A stretch of DNA of 64,000 nucleotides from contig JAYWIR010000039.1 in the NCBI GenBank assembly GCA_036172245.1, forward strand, positions 248,001 to 312,000, read 5' to 3'. The notes below the pieces were generated by a model, which saw only the letters and a program-made list of their open reading frames with translations, was not told where the DNA came from and made no database searches. Source of the stretch: Raillietiella orientalis (Eukaryota). Below, piece after piece: positions 50,701-63,621 of this stretch; the stretch's first letter is position 1; the number at the start of each line of letters is the position of its first letter. A program made the translations under genes and the position numbers.

Positions 50701-51065
50701 GAGCTTCCTGGACCCCTGCCTCCTGAGGTCAACGAGTTGGCGATGGTCTCCAGGAACGTTCACAACCGGCCAACCTTGTCCCCCGCGGTCGGCCGCCCGT
50801 CTGGGAGGGGAGACAGAAAAGGAGAGTTTCGCTGCTCCCGGAGTGTCCGTCCCAGGCTGGCAGAGCTCGGAAGGCACTTTGGTTTCTCCAGCGGTCGGCT
50901 GGGCAGCGGGACTTCCCTCACTGCCGGGCGTCTCATCGTGGAACGAACGCGCGCAGCCCCCCCGAGGCAAGCCGGCATCGACGTCATGCCTGGGGTGTTG
51001 CGCAAGAAAGGAGCCATTGACGATGAAGACGACGGCGCAATCTCGAGTGACCCCCAACCAAACGA

Positions 51066-52179
51066 AGTGTGATTGGGGGTGACTTCCGACGGGTGGCCAA
51101 GCTCACAAGTATCTACAGCTGGATCTTCTGCTGGCCTGCGAACAGTAGTGCCTGGCTGCAGGGAATCGTTCGCGCATGGACAAAGAACAACGAAACGACA
51201 CCGGAGAAGCGACAGCGACTGCTGCACTCCTTTTACAACAACCGCTCTCTGCAGGACGTCATCGTGCAGTCCACCACGTGGGGGGCGCAAACAACCTTCC
51301 TAGCCATGGCATTGTCCTCCCTCAGGGAACACCTGGGCAGTAACCAGTCGGATAAATGGGAGGTCAGCTGCGAAATCTGTCAGAAGACGAGGGAACTAGG
51401 TGGTTGGAACACGGGCCAGCTCACAGACGCTAAGACTGTAAGTACCTCACGAAGGAACTATTGCGCTGGGGTGAGCTGCTGGGAATCCTACAGGAGGACC
51501 TCGAGTGGCCCCCAGCCCTCTCCCTGGAGTGGCAGGAGTTGACACTTCTGCTGTTGGATTGGGACCTCCCATGCAACTCTCTCCAATCTCACTGGACCCG
51601 GGGGGCTGTGGACCCCAACTGTTTCAGATGCGGGAAACGGGAATCTCCCCACACCAGCCCGTACACTGTTGCCCTCTGACCTCTTTGGTTGCGTTACGCA
51701 ACGGCCCTTGGTGCACCGACGAACAACTCCAGGGACGTGAGCGATGCCCTTTCGCCTGCCGCATCCCCAGCAGCTCTTTGCTGCCTACTGCTCTTTGCTG
51801 GGAATAGTGGAGGCCTAGAGCTACGCGAGGGGAGGACAGCGCGACAGGGACGTCATCTGCTTTGCCCTGCGCTTCCTGCGGACGGCAGCCAGATGGCCCC
51901 ACCTGGGGCATACTCGGATGGACTTGCCGGAATCCTGGAAAGGATGCAGAGGACATCCTCCAGCAGACATGATCCTCCCAGAGTTTTTTTATTATTGATT
52001 TTTATTTATTTTTATTTTTGTTTGCTCCCTCCTCCTCCGCTGCCGAGGCGAACTTCGCCGGCCTGCATTCCGGTTACTCGGCAGGTTCCGAATATTTTCG
52101 GACAATGTAGGGCCGATGGCCCCACACATGTGTGTTTACTTTTTTTTATAATAACGTCCCGACGTGACCGGGTAATAAA
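51066..52179 (+). mobile_element. 5'-truncated subfamily 1 retrotransposon with 13 bp TSD
   Basis: Frameshifted ALSSLREHLGS..WNTGQLT, WGELLG..LEWPPALSLEWQ..HWTRGAVDPNCFRCGKRESPH. Terminus AATAACGTCCCGACGTGACCGGGTAATAAA. TSD CCCAACCAAACGA (51053-51065) / CCCAACCACACGA (52180-52192). Confidence 0.85.
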
Positions 52180-53160
52180 CCCAACCACACGAGGAAGCCC
52201 CCGGATGTCTGAAGCCACGGACGGTCTGGTCCAGCAGGCAGACGAGAGCAAGACTCGACCCCTTTCCCCACCAGTCTCTCGGCGCACCATCTTTCCCGCG
52301 CCACCCATGTTGACGGGTTCTCTTTACGGGGCATCCCCGACGCGAGACGGTGGTCGCCGCCTTCACATTCGGACCGGACACGAAAGACCGAGCTTTGGAT
52401 CCATCGTCGGCGCTTCCAGCAGGAGACCGCTGATACCGCAGGAGCTAATGGAAACGGAGTCTGTCCGTGGTCACAAACGCATCCGGCGGCCGCGACTGTC
52501 TCCTCCGCTGAGGTGCGTCCACTTGCATCCCTTCCGCGGAAGAGTGCTGGGGCTCTTTGAGTGCTCCAGAGTCCGCCTGTGCATTCCTCATTGGCTTCTG
52601 ATGCTGGAGACAACAAGGCAGCTGGAGAAGCTTCGGTCTTCGAGGCAGGAACTGGCGGACATACCGGTGCGTTTCCGAGAGCCTCCTCGTCGCCCGTCTA
52701 GCCGAAAGCAAAGGATCCTCGTCCTTTCCGACGAGCCACCGATGACCGATTAAGGGCTACAGCCCACCTGGTTGGGCACCCTGGAGAGGAAGCACAGCCA
52801 GACGCTCTGCGGCCTCGCCAATCGTAGCGCCCGGTTACGGAAGGCGATAGGCAAGCCGGAGAAGGCGAACAAGCCCTGCTCGGAGAGGAGCAACCTGTCG
52901 CTTCCTCGGCCACTTGTTCTCTGTCTCGCTTGAGAGCTGACCACTCGGGTTTTCCCTATTGTTTCTGGCTGTCGATCTCTCGTGTGACTTGGACTGCACA
53001 GATGTCGCTCGCTGCTCGTCGCAGAGGCTCGCCGACCAGCCCAGCACAGCCCTGAGGGCCTACCAACGAGTCTATTGCGGAACCGCAGGCAAAAAGAAAC
53101 AGCAAAAAGTAGTTGGACCTCGGAACAGTTAGCCTCTGACGCTGAGCCCACATCGGAGGC

Positions 53161-54700
53161 CACGTGGTTGCGGTGGTCTCCGCATGTGGCACCACCGAGC
53201 GTCGCGGGTTCGAAGACTCAGAAAGAACCCGACGCCGAGAAATGGGCGCGTCGCTGGTTCCACTCCCACCTTCAAGATGACGCTGGTTGGCCTGAGCTGG
53301 TGGAAGATGAAAAGACAGATCTCCCCCATGAGTGGTCGGGATTGGGAGTAGACCCTCTGGGTTCCGTCCGGAAGTCCGTTCCCTTCGGGATTCGCACGAG
53401 CGGAGGGGTTTTTCTGTGTGGAGCAGACCTTCCCTTCGGGGAGGGGGGCAGGCGACCCTCCGTCTCGTGCCACGGAGCTGGCAAATTGATGACTCCTCTC
53501 CAGAGTGCAGTGGCGCGCCGCTTCTTCGGCAAGCGCTCTTCAAGGAAAACTCAGAAGCGTCCTTCGGGATTCTCTTCAGACGAGTAAACAGGAGCGGTTC
53601 CCTCCAAAAAAAAAAAATTACAGGAGCGGATCCTTTCCGGGTCGCCTTCGAAGAAGAAAAAATGGAGCGGGCCCTTCCGAGGATCTCTCTGGAGACAAAC
53701 ATGGTAAAGGGGTTCCTTTCGATGGTCCTTCCCCAAAGGCGTGAGAGGAATGGATTCGCTTATCTACAGCCCTTCCTGGATTCATGGTGTGGTTCCTTCT
53801 CGGGGAATGACACACCCCCGAGTGGCGTGTAACAGTGTGGAAGAGCTTTATGAGCCACCACCAGGGGCGCGACGGTTCCTGAGGCGAATCCCAAAATGGA
53901 AAACCCGAAAAAAAGGGGGGGGGAACTGGGAGGGAAGCAGGAAAACCAGAAAAGAATCCCTCAAAATTTCCATCATCCACGCTTCTTATTGGGTCTCTTC
54001 GTTGGGATGAGCTGCTGGGATTCCTCATGTGGCCCCCAATGTTCTTGGAGAGTGACTCCCTACCCCTAGAGGGGCGGGAGTCAGCGTGCTTGCCGTTACA
54101 GGGGAGGATCTCCCCAGCAACGCCCCGCCGGCAATCAACCCATCGTTCCGGGAGAGTGCGGACCCGAACTGTCGCAGGCTCGGAGAGAAGGAATCCCTCC
54201 CGCGTTTGCTTGTGGGGCTGGACTTTCCCTCCGGCCCGTACGGGAACATTTTTCCACAACCTCCTCATCCCGGCTGGCAATCCTAGGGATGTGTTCGCAC
54301 TTCAGCAGGCCGAAGAGGCGTGGCCAACCGCTCCCTTAGCAGCAGCTCTTTGCTAAGTCCGTGGAATCCTGGCCTGGAGGGACTCCGAAAGAGGGCTGCA
54401 CGGAAGCCACGCCATCCACAGTGTCATGCGCTTCCCGCGGATAGAATCCAGATGGCCCCCACCTAGGAGCAGTGCATCAGGAACTTGATGGCATCCTGGA
54501 AAGAATGCAGGAATCTGGGGGTGGCATGGACGCCCCCCATGTGATCCCATCTCGTACCCCGAGAGTTTTTTTTCCCTTTTATTTATTCGCATTTGGTCTT
54601 TCATTTTGTTTTCGTCTCTTTACGTTCCCTCCCCCCTCCCCCTTCTTCTGTCGCCGAGACAACCTCGCTAGTCTGCGTACCGGCACCTTGGTAGATCCCC
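53161..54700 (+). mobile_element. UUCG-rich 5' region and ORF1 start followed by a degenerate subfamily 1 3' portion (terminal hairpin not seen)
   Basis: 53161-53792 is a UUCG-rich unit. 54026-54700 reads MWPPMFLESDSLPLE, ADPNCRRLGEKESLPRLLV, GNPRDV, then GTGATCCC and a T-rich UTR. Confidence 0.7.
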
Positions 54701-55389
54701 CGTGAGCATGAGAGTGATTCTGGAAACCACCTGTTCTACCACCACCACCTTTGCAAGTGGATTCCCTGGCGCCACCGGGGGGCGGCGCCCTCATCGTGCC
54801 GCACGTTTCCGCGGCCTCGCGGGCGTTCCTGCACGCCCTTCAGCCGTACGCGCCTGCGTCCACGCGCGCAGCCGAGCGCGCTGCTCGTCACGTGCACTTC
54901 CGTGTGGCCAGATGGCGCCTGCTGACAGAGGAGAGGCCTCACGGAGGAAAAGGGAGGGGGGCTCCGCAACGAGGGAACGCGCGCACATGAGGGGAGCTCT
55001 CCCGAACCCACCGAGGTACACGCGCTTCTGGACTGCGCTGCCCACTTCCCGGAAGAGAGAGAGGTCTTCCCACCGGGGATGGAAGCGCTGAAAAGCGAAC
55101 CTGCCTCGCAGCTGGCACGACTCGCGCGCTCGAGCCCCTGAACGCCCCTGCCTAGGAGCCAGCCTCGACATCCTGGCGCTGGGTCGCCAGCCTCTTCGGA
55201 TTGCGCCGATACGGGAAAGCATCTAATCGCCTTGAAAGCCAGCCGTAGGGTGGGCACCCGAGACTCTGCTGCTGCCGCGGCCCGGAGACGCCGCCCACAG
55301 CGGACGCGGCGGAGCGGCAGCTGGGACGCCGCGGATCACGCGAATGCGGCACAGAACTTCGCATCCCCGAGCCTGCATCGGTCAGCTGT

Positions 55390-56020
55390 CATGTGGTTGC
55401 GGTAGTCTCCGCGCGTGGCACCACCGAACGTCGCGGGCTCGAAGACTCAGAAAGAACCCGACGCCGAGAAATGGGCGCGTCGCTGGTTCCACTCCCACCT
55501 TCAAGATGACGCTGGTTGGCCTGAGCTGTTGGAAGATGAAAAGACAGATCTCCATGAGTGGTCGGGATTGGGAGTAGACCCTCTGGGTTCCGTCCGGAAG
55601 TCCGTTCCCTTCGGGATTCGCACGAGCGGAGGGGTTTTTCTGTGCGGAGCAGACCTTCCCTTCGGGGATGGGGGGGCAGGCGACCCTCCGTCTCGTGCCA
55701 CGGAGCTGGCAAATTGATGACTCCTCTCCAGAGTGCAGTGGTGCGCCGCTTCTTCGGCAAGCGCTCTTCAAGGAAAACTCAGAAGCGTCCTTCGGGGTTC
55801 TCTTCAGACGAGTAAACAGGAGCGGTTCCCTCCAAAAAAAAAAAATTACAGGAGCGGATCCTTTCCGGGTCGCCTTCGGAGAAGAAAAAATGGAGCGGGC
55901 CCTTCCGAGGATCTCTCTGGAGACAAACATGGTAAAGGGGTTCCTTTCGGGGGTCCTTCCCCAAAGGCGTGAGAGGAACGGACTCGCTTCTCCAGAGTCT
56001 TTCCTGGATTCATGGGGTGG
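55390..56020 (+). repeat. Second copy of an about 630 bp direct repeat (first copy 53161-53792)
   Basis: Near-identical sequence, seen directly and in duplicated ORF translations (AGSKTQKEPDAEKWARRWFHSHLQDD...). Confidence 0.92.
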
Positions 56021-58060
56021 AAGCCCCCCACGTTGGGGGCTTTCACTCCATCTTGAAGAATGACGAGCTGCGAAGAGGGAAGGACGCAGGCCGGCCGGCC
56101 GACTCCTGCGCAAACCGGCGACCGGTCGGCCGATGAGCAGCCAAGTGCCTGTCTCGCCGAGAAGCCGCCACCGGCGCGGGAGCCGCGCGCCCTCCGGCAG
56201 TGGAGCCGGCCCGCCGATACGCAAAGGAGACCCCACGCGTCCGCAGCCTTCCGGGAACGCAGGAGCAGCTCCTTCTTGTGGAGCAGCCAGGACCGCGCGC
56301 GCGCGGATGCGTTCCGTCTCTCGTGCTCTCCAGGTCGCGCGCCGCCACCGCGACCTCGAGGACGCGCTTCCGCCGCTCCGGTCCCGCTACGGGAAAACTG
56401 GGAAGCAGGCCTCAGCAGGCAGGGGGCGGAGGGGTAGCGCCACTTCGAAATCTGGCCTCATACAGGCGCGATACGGTTGCGAAAGGGAAGGAGGAAGATG
56501 AGTTCTGGGCGGGAGAGGGCGAGCCGGATCCGCGCACGCGTGCAACCGGACTTGCCTTCTTTCCTCGAGAGGGAGGCGTCCACCGCGCACCTCGAGCTGC
56601 GGCCTGCTTCCGGGAAGCCGAGGAAGTTCTGGACAAGGCCGGAATGGCTCAGAGCTGTCCCAGCCGGATGCGAACGAACGTGCACCGCGGGAAGGGGATC
56701 CGGCGCTGTAGCGACTCCGTCTTTCATCGCAAGGGTTCATCCCCTCCTTTCTCGTAGGTCTCCTCCGACCCGACCTCGTGCGAGAGGCTGCCTCCGAGTT
56801 CTCTCGCCGCCACCAACTCCACTCGAGCGTTTTCGACTTCTCTTCCCTCCGTCCTCCTCCGTCCACGAGATGCAGGGGGGAAGGGAGTCTCGTGGCACCC
56901 AACCAACGGCCCACAAAAACTCGCTTGGTCGGCGGTCCTGCCGAATCCGAGCTGCCCGCCCCGCGAGTTCGTAGCTTCGGGCAACGCGGGCTGGTGCTCG
57001 CGGGAGAGAAAACCTGTAGCCTTGCTCAGTCTCCGGAAAAGACGACGACGCGCGTCGCGCTCTCGAAGCATCGAGGGCAAGAGAGAGAAGGACTGACCAG
57101 GTATGCAGGGCTTTTTTTTTTTGTTTCGAAAGAAGAGAAAGAAAGAGAAAGTGAACGAGTGGCCCTAGCGGCTGCTGGTGCTTCTTCGCCAAACGGAGGC
57201 CCGCCCTCTAGGACGGTTCGTGGAAGTGCCCATCCGAGGAGTGGGCACCACCTCGTAAGGGCATCCGTGCCGCCGCCAGCGCCCCCTCGCCTTCCCGTGC
57301 CCACTTCGGTCCGGTCCGGTCCGGTTTGCTTTGGTTGCTCCGGTCGGACGGCTGGTTTCCCCCCTTCTCCTGCATCTCGCAAGCGCCGCCCACAACGGCA
57401 GCCGAGTGGAGAGCGCCCGAGCGGAGCGATGGCCCGGAAACGCGCGCGGTTCGCCAGGCAGTCGCTCCGAACGGTGCATGCGCGCGCGCTGCGGCGTCTC
57501 ACCATCTCCCCGGTATCGCCAGTAGGCGCGCGCGCTCTGCCCACTCGTTAAGACCGGCGGGGCGCTTCGCCTAGCGTCGACTCGGGGGGGACGTGGTGCC
57601 CCGGTCCTCGGTGCGCGCGCGCGCTCTGCGGAAGAAGAAGAAACTGCGGCTGGTCGCTCCGGCGGCGGTGCGGTCGGCACCTCGAGGCTGGGTGGTTTCT
57701 GTCTGTGGTGGTCGAGTCCTGCTTTTGACCCCCTCCCCCTTCGCGGCGAGCGAGCGCCTGAAACATTTGCGAGAGACTGTGGTCGCCGCGCGCACTCCGT
57801 GAGCCGGATCGGCTACTCCCCACAGCCATATTCCGAAGTGTCAGAGATGTCGGTTCAAGGGGGGAGAGGGATGATTTTTTGCATCCTCGTTCCCCTCCCC
57901 TCGCTTTCCTATCGGCTTTACCCTTGTTTGCTAGGGGAAAGGTATTTTCGCACTCGTTCGAACCGGGACGGGGACATATCTCTCTCTCCTTCCTCCTCCT
58001 GCCCTTCCCTTGTAACCTCTCCGTGGAATTGCCTGTACCAGACAAGACGACAGCCCGCTC

Positions 58061-61000
58061 ATGGAAGCCGCAGCCACCAACTTATCCGCAGCCGCAAGCA
58101 ACGTGTCGGGGATCCTGGAGCTGCAGCAGCACTTTGGATGGGTCGACTACCTCGTGTTCGTCGTCTTCCTGGTCTCCTCTTCCCTCATCGGTGTGTACTT
58201 CGGATTCATCAAGAAGAGTGACAGCGCCGACGGGATGCTCCTCGCCAACCGTTCCATGGGGGTCTTCCCCATGTCCATGTCTCTCATTGCAAGGTCAGTA
58301 GCAGCGGCATGAAAGCGTTTTTCCGAACCGGTGGTATCACCGTGACACACCGCACGAGGCAGCACCTCAAGGCGAACCCCCGTTCACGAGGAACCTGGTC
58401 CAGCTCGGGAGTATAGTGTGAAACGGTCGAGGAGGGGAAGGGGAGAGAGAGGGTGATGTCTGCTTGCAGCCACTCGGTTGTCTCCCTCGTCCACCCTGGT
58501 TTTCACGTTATCGAGCTGAAGAGCTGTTGGCGCACGCGTAGGGAAGGTGGGCGCGGGTTTAAGTTGCTTCTTCGGGAGGGGTTGACACCTCTACCCTGTC
58601 CAGACGGCTCGATCGCGTCTCAGAGTTGCAAGAGTTCGGAGGCGTGCCCCATCTGGTGTTGCGACTGCGCGGATCTGTGACTGGTTGCTGGTAGAGTGAC
58701 CCTAGCGCGCTTAAGATCGCTTTTAGTCAAAGACGCGTGCACCGTGTTTCCCTTCCCCCTACTGCTCAAGGGGACCTCGTCCACAGACTGAGGGATGCCC
58801 TACGAGGGGGAGCGACGTAGTACAGGACTGAGACTGAAAGGGATGCGACAAGACGGAGCAACACGCGACATTTCCCGACGGCTGTGGCTGTCAGCGCCAC
58901 CGTGGAGGAGCGGCCGCTGTTCCCACGTTGTCTCCCCGTCCCGGGGTCCTGCTGCCGACGTGGATCCCCTCCTTCTCCCCGGCCCTCGCGCGGCTGGCTT
59001 CAGCCACTTCGGTGTCCGGAAAACTTGGCATCGCGTGCAGAGGGAAGCGCGGCAGCGCGTCCTTCCCCGGGAGCACCGCCAGTGTCTTCGCTTCACTCTT
59101 GACCTTCCGAGGGGCGCGTCCAGAGGGGCAACCCCTTCCTTTCCCAGAAACCTCTCCGCAAGCGGCGGCGGCTACTGGCAGACGCGCTACCCACGCCCCG
59201 CCGCTGTGCCTCTCGCGTCGTTTTCTTCCACCGCCGTCGACCGCCATCATCACCTCCGCTTCCTCCTTCCAGCTTCATGTCAGCGGTCAACATGCTGGGC
59301 ATCCCGTTGGAGATCTACCAGTACGGTACCATGTTCGCGTACATGAACATCGCCTTCGTGCTCATGATCTTGGCAACCCTGTGTTTCTACGCCCCCGTTT
59401 TCTGCCGCCTGCCGATCACGTCGGTGTACCAGGTAAGACCCGGACGCCGCGCGAGTCGGGGCGCGCAGGCAGGACTCTCTGCTGCAGCTATAGGGTTTTC
59501 CCGACCCTGGGAAGTTGCTGGAGAAGTGGGACGCGCCGTGCGCGCCGCTAGCGAACGTATTCTCTAGCAGGGAAGCCTCTGTGGAGCATTTCGCCCCTCC
59601 AAGAGGAAGGGTGCAGAAGGAAATTGGCCCGCCTGCAAGGACGTAGCGCGCACCGGCTTCATTAGGGTCACCGGAAACGAGAGATGCGGAATGAGACCTT
59701 CGCTCAGGATCGTGGAGGGAAGCGGTGTTTTCGCCTTCCCTTTCTTCCTTGCACAGTGTCGATCCGACCACGCTCCTTGGCGGGGTAGAACGCACCCAGG
59801 GGCGTCTACGGAAACGGCACCGCGTTCGCTTCGCGCCGGAGGCGTTTGGGGTGGGGAGCTCCGGCTACCTTCCGCCTCTTCCCAGAGCGAGTGGCCGAAG
59901 ACGAGAAGGCGTGCGAGCGATTTGGCAGCCGCGCGCCCGTATCCATGGAGAAGCACCCGAACCTCTCCGCCTGCCCCAGAGTTTCCTTTACCCTCTCCCT
60001 TACCACTCGCTCTCCCCCCTCCTGCCCGTTGATGAAACTCTGGGGTGCATGGCGGACCAGAATTTCCCTCCGAGCAGCCCACGACTGGCGGCCAGTGGCT
60101 CGCGATATCGCCGCGATTGGCAGCGAAGCACCAAACTGCCGATCCCTCCTGGGGGCGTTGTTTTCCAGGAGGTCGTCGGAAGTCAGCAGGGGAGAAAGGG
60201 TGAGCCCCATGTTCTTCCCCCTTCCCTTTTTCCTTCCTTGCAAACGCACTCGCCCCTCTCCGGTCGTGCGCGTGTACCAGAAGCCACTGCCCCGCGCAGA
60301 GCCCTTCGGGCTGAATTCTGCCCCTCTGGAGGGGAACCAGCGGGCTCTCTCTGGCGCTGGTCGCTCGCAGACGACCTCCAACCGCCTGACTTGGACAGTG
60401 TCTCCGGTGAGCGGGCAGGCGAGAGATCTTCGCGCGGAGAAGGCCGGAGCAGCCATCCCTCCAGGGAGAGAACTTTCTCTCCCTCCCCTCCTGCTCATTC
60501 TTTTCCGAGGGGCATTGCGGCGCTAATTGGTGGTGGAAATCCCCGTGGAAAGCGGGTCGGAGGACCGCGTCTCATAGGACGATCCGGGAGGACGGATTCG
60601 TTTGCGCCTCTGTCGCTGTTGGCGCCTCGATCGAGATGGCGGTAAGTTCTGCAAGAAGTCCTGCAGCTTACAGGGTTTCGAGTGATCCCTTGGAAGGTGG
60701 GAATAAGGAGGCGCTCTTCACAGAAAGGCGAAGGCGACCTTTGCCTTGTCCACCTTTTTCCTGCTCTCGTGCGACCCAGTTGGCCACTGCCTCGGATAGA
60801 ACAATCCTCCGAGGTCACCAAACTCTTCGACCTCTCTGTAGGCTGCCTGCCTCTGCCCCACTCCTCCCTCCCCCATCTCTCCAGAGGGCCAACGAACGCC
60901 TCTTTTCCTCCTCGCGACCTGAGAGCCCTGAGGGCTGGGACCTACTTCCAGGAACCTCCACTTGCTGCATCGTGGAGCCCCAAGTGAGGAGGGAAGTGGA

Positions 61001-63621
61001 CTGGGGTACGAGGCTGGGAGGCCAGAATCCTCCGCTCTGTACCCTACGAGCGTCTCTCCTCACTCGCCACCGCTTCGTCTGCGATGACCTTGGCTGCCCC
61101 CAAGCCAAGGTCATCCATCACCCACCATGCGTCCGCCCCCTCTGACGCCTTCCTGCTTTCTCCTCCTTCCCAAGGAGACGCCACCTGCTTCCCTCTCTCC
61201 CTTCTGAAGCAGCTTCCCTCGTCTGCAGAGATCGGGTTCGCCGCTGTTGACGACGCCGTCGCTTTCTGCCTAGGGACCCCACTTTCCTCGCACCCGCCAC
61301 CCTTGGTGGGGCGACGGCCTCTCGTTGGCATAAATACTCCTCCTCCTCCTTTCCTCTTCCTTTTCCGTTCCTTGCCGTAAACATGCTCGGGACGCGGATG
61401 CTGTTCGCCATATCCCTCCTCCCTTCGCCGTCGCCGGCTCCTTGCCTTCAGGGGTCCAGAATGGCCACATCATTTGTCATCCGCTCGCAGCATCCGCGTC
61501 CTTCTCTAACTATGGCATGTATCCCCGCTTACCGCCTCCCCCAGGCGCCCTAAGAATCTGCGCGGGGCTCTGACGCACCCAAACAAACCCTCCCCAGGGC
61601 GAAATTCGGCGCCCTCAGAGATGGTGCGGAAGGCGCGCGCGCGGATACTCCTTTGGGGAGCGGGAGACCGGCGTAGGCGAGGCTACGGAGAAGAAGGATC
61701 AACAGACACCACTCCTCAACCACTCGCTGATCCTTCGGGTCTCCTGGAAACTTCTCACAGTGGAAGAAGGGAGGGAAAAAATCCCCTCCGGCGGAACATG
61801 CTCTTGCTTCCGGAAAACTCCCTTCCTGGATGAGACCTGCTAGCGATGCGCGGACGACCACGGGGACGTCCGGCCTGACACGAGCTTTCCTGCCCCAGTC
61901 GACCCGTCCACCACCAGAACACCGCCGAACCTCCCCTGTCACACCCTCGTCTCTTGTCTCGGGAGATTGCACCTTTCGGCCACAAACCACCTGGCTCCTT
62001 CCAGGAGGATGGGTTGCTGCATCCCGGAAGTATTCTCGTCCACCTCTCCCCGTTGAGAGGTGGGACTGAGGGAGCCACCATCCCGACCGCTTAGGCACCC
62101 CTTCTCCTATTTGTCGACCACTCCCTTCTTGCGCTCTCCCTCGCCTACACACCGCACTACGCCTGAGGGCGTCTGGCCGCTCAGAGGAGCTCTCTCAGGA
62201 CCCGTTTCACCCGGGAAATCCGCACAGGGAGCTCGAAATCCGGGCGTGAGGTGTCTCCCAGCCAGGGATGCTGCATCCCTCGCTCAGCGGCCGGAGGGAA
62301 GGTGCCTCCGGGCGATGTCCACCACGAAGTGAGCGGCAGCGCCCTCCATCGCCGCGCTCGCGGAAGACCCGTGCACGGAGGGCGGGCGCTTTCCCTGCAC
62401 CCCATGTCACGACGGGGAGCGCATGGCGCCGCCGCGGGCTAACTGGATGGAAGACCGCTTCCCCGTCGGGTCAAGGCCGCCCTTTCTCTCCCTTCGGCGC
62501 CGGGTCCTCCTGGTCCTGCATGGAGTGGCGGGCGCTCAGCGGTGGAACCCGCTTGGGTGGGAGGGTTCGATTCCTCCCCCTCCCCTCTTCTCCCTGAAGT
62601 GGTCACGACCTCACGGTCCGCTGCCTTTCCAGTACCTGGAGCTGCGCTTCAACTTACTCACGAGGTGCGTCGCATCGGTCATCTTCGTTCTGCAGATGGT
62701 GAGTACCCACGCTTGCGCACCTGCCGGAAGGGCGCGCTACTGCCTGTGTCGCTTCCAGACGATGTTCATGTCCACAGTGGTCTACGCGCCGTCCCTGGCA
62801 CTCGCGCAAGGTGAGTTGCGGGATGCATGCGGAGGGGGAGAAAGGGACCGGCGGGGGGAGGAGGCGTCCTTCTACCCCCTCCACACGCCCTTCCGCGCCA
62901 AGGGGTGAAGGGCGAAAGGGACACGGAGCATCCGCCTCTGCTGCGCCCACTGCTTCCGACGGCGCCGGTGATCACGACGGCGGCCTTGTGATGGCGGAGA
63001 TGGCAGTGACGACGACGACGCCGGGGCGGAGAAAACAATGATGTTGGCGACGAGGGCGGCGATTCAGATGGCGACAGTCCTGACGGGTTGGAAAGCGAGG
63101 GCAGGGATGACAATGGACTCGATCGTGGCGATGACGGACTCAATAAATATGGCGGAAGCTCCTGATCGGGGCTGCGGGGCACGAAGGTGGCAAATGAGGC
63201 CGCTGTTGCCGCCAGTGATCCCCGGTGACGGCGGTCGTGGTGCCGGGAGCCGCGAGGATGACGCCGCCCTCTCAACCGACTAACGGTCGTGACGACGACG
63301 ATGATGGTGGCGGCGAAGCCAGGGGTAACCTCAGTAGCAGCAGGAAAGGAGAGAAAGGAGCACGTATGGTCGAGGAAGGTGGAGGGGCTCGACCGAGGGT
63401 CTCTGGGTAGGCCGATCCCTCACGAACCCCACTGCCCTCGAGCAAGGAGAGTGACTGCAGAGACTCGGGTGCAGCTCCTTTCCTCTTCTTCCTCCTCCTT
63501 TCTTCTTCTTCTTTCCTTCCTCTTCCCTCTCCTCTCCACCTCTCTCGTTTCAGTCACCGGAATCAACGCGTACCTGACCTCCTCCCTGCTGTTCATCGTC
63601 TGCATCTTCTACACCACGCTG
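58061..63621 (+). CDS. SLC5/SSF sodium:solute symporter (SMVT/SMCT SLC5A6/8/12-like), 5' part; gene continues beyond window
   Basis: Exons 58061-58293 (FGWVDYLVFVVFLVSSSLIGVYFG...LLANRSMGVFPMSMSLIA), 59273-59432 (SFMSAVNMLGIPLEIYQYGT...YAPVFCRLPITSVYQ), 62633-62698 (YLELRFN...ASVIFVLQM), 62759-62810 (TMFMSTVVYAPSLALAQ), 63554-63621 (VTGIN...VCIFYTTL). All junctions are GT-AG and phase-compatible; motifs are characteristic of SLC5. Confidence 0.94.

Noticed and set aside
53161..56020. Direct repeats read as the LTR pair of an LTR retrotransposon
   Set aside because: No clear TG..CA termini, PBS, PPT, TSD or gag-pol; the interior holds a non-LTR 3' fragment.
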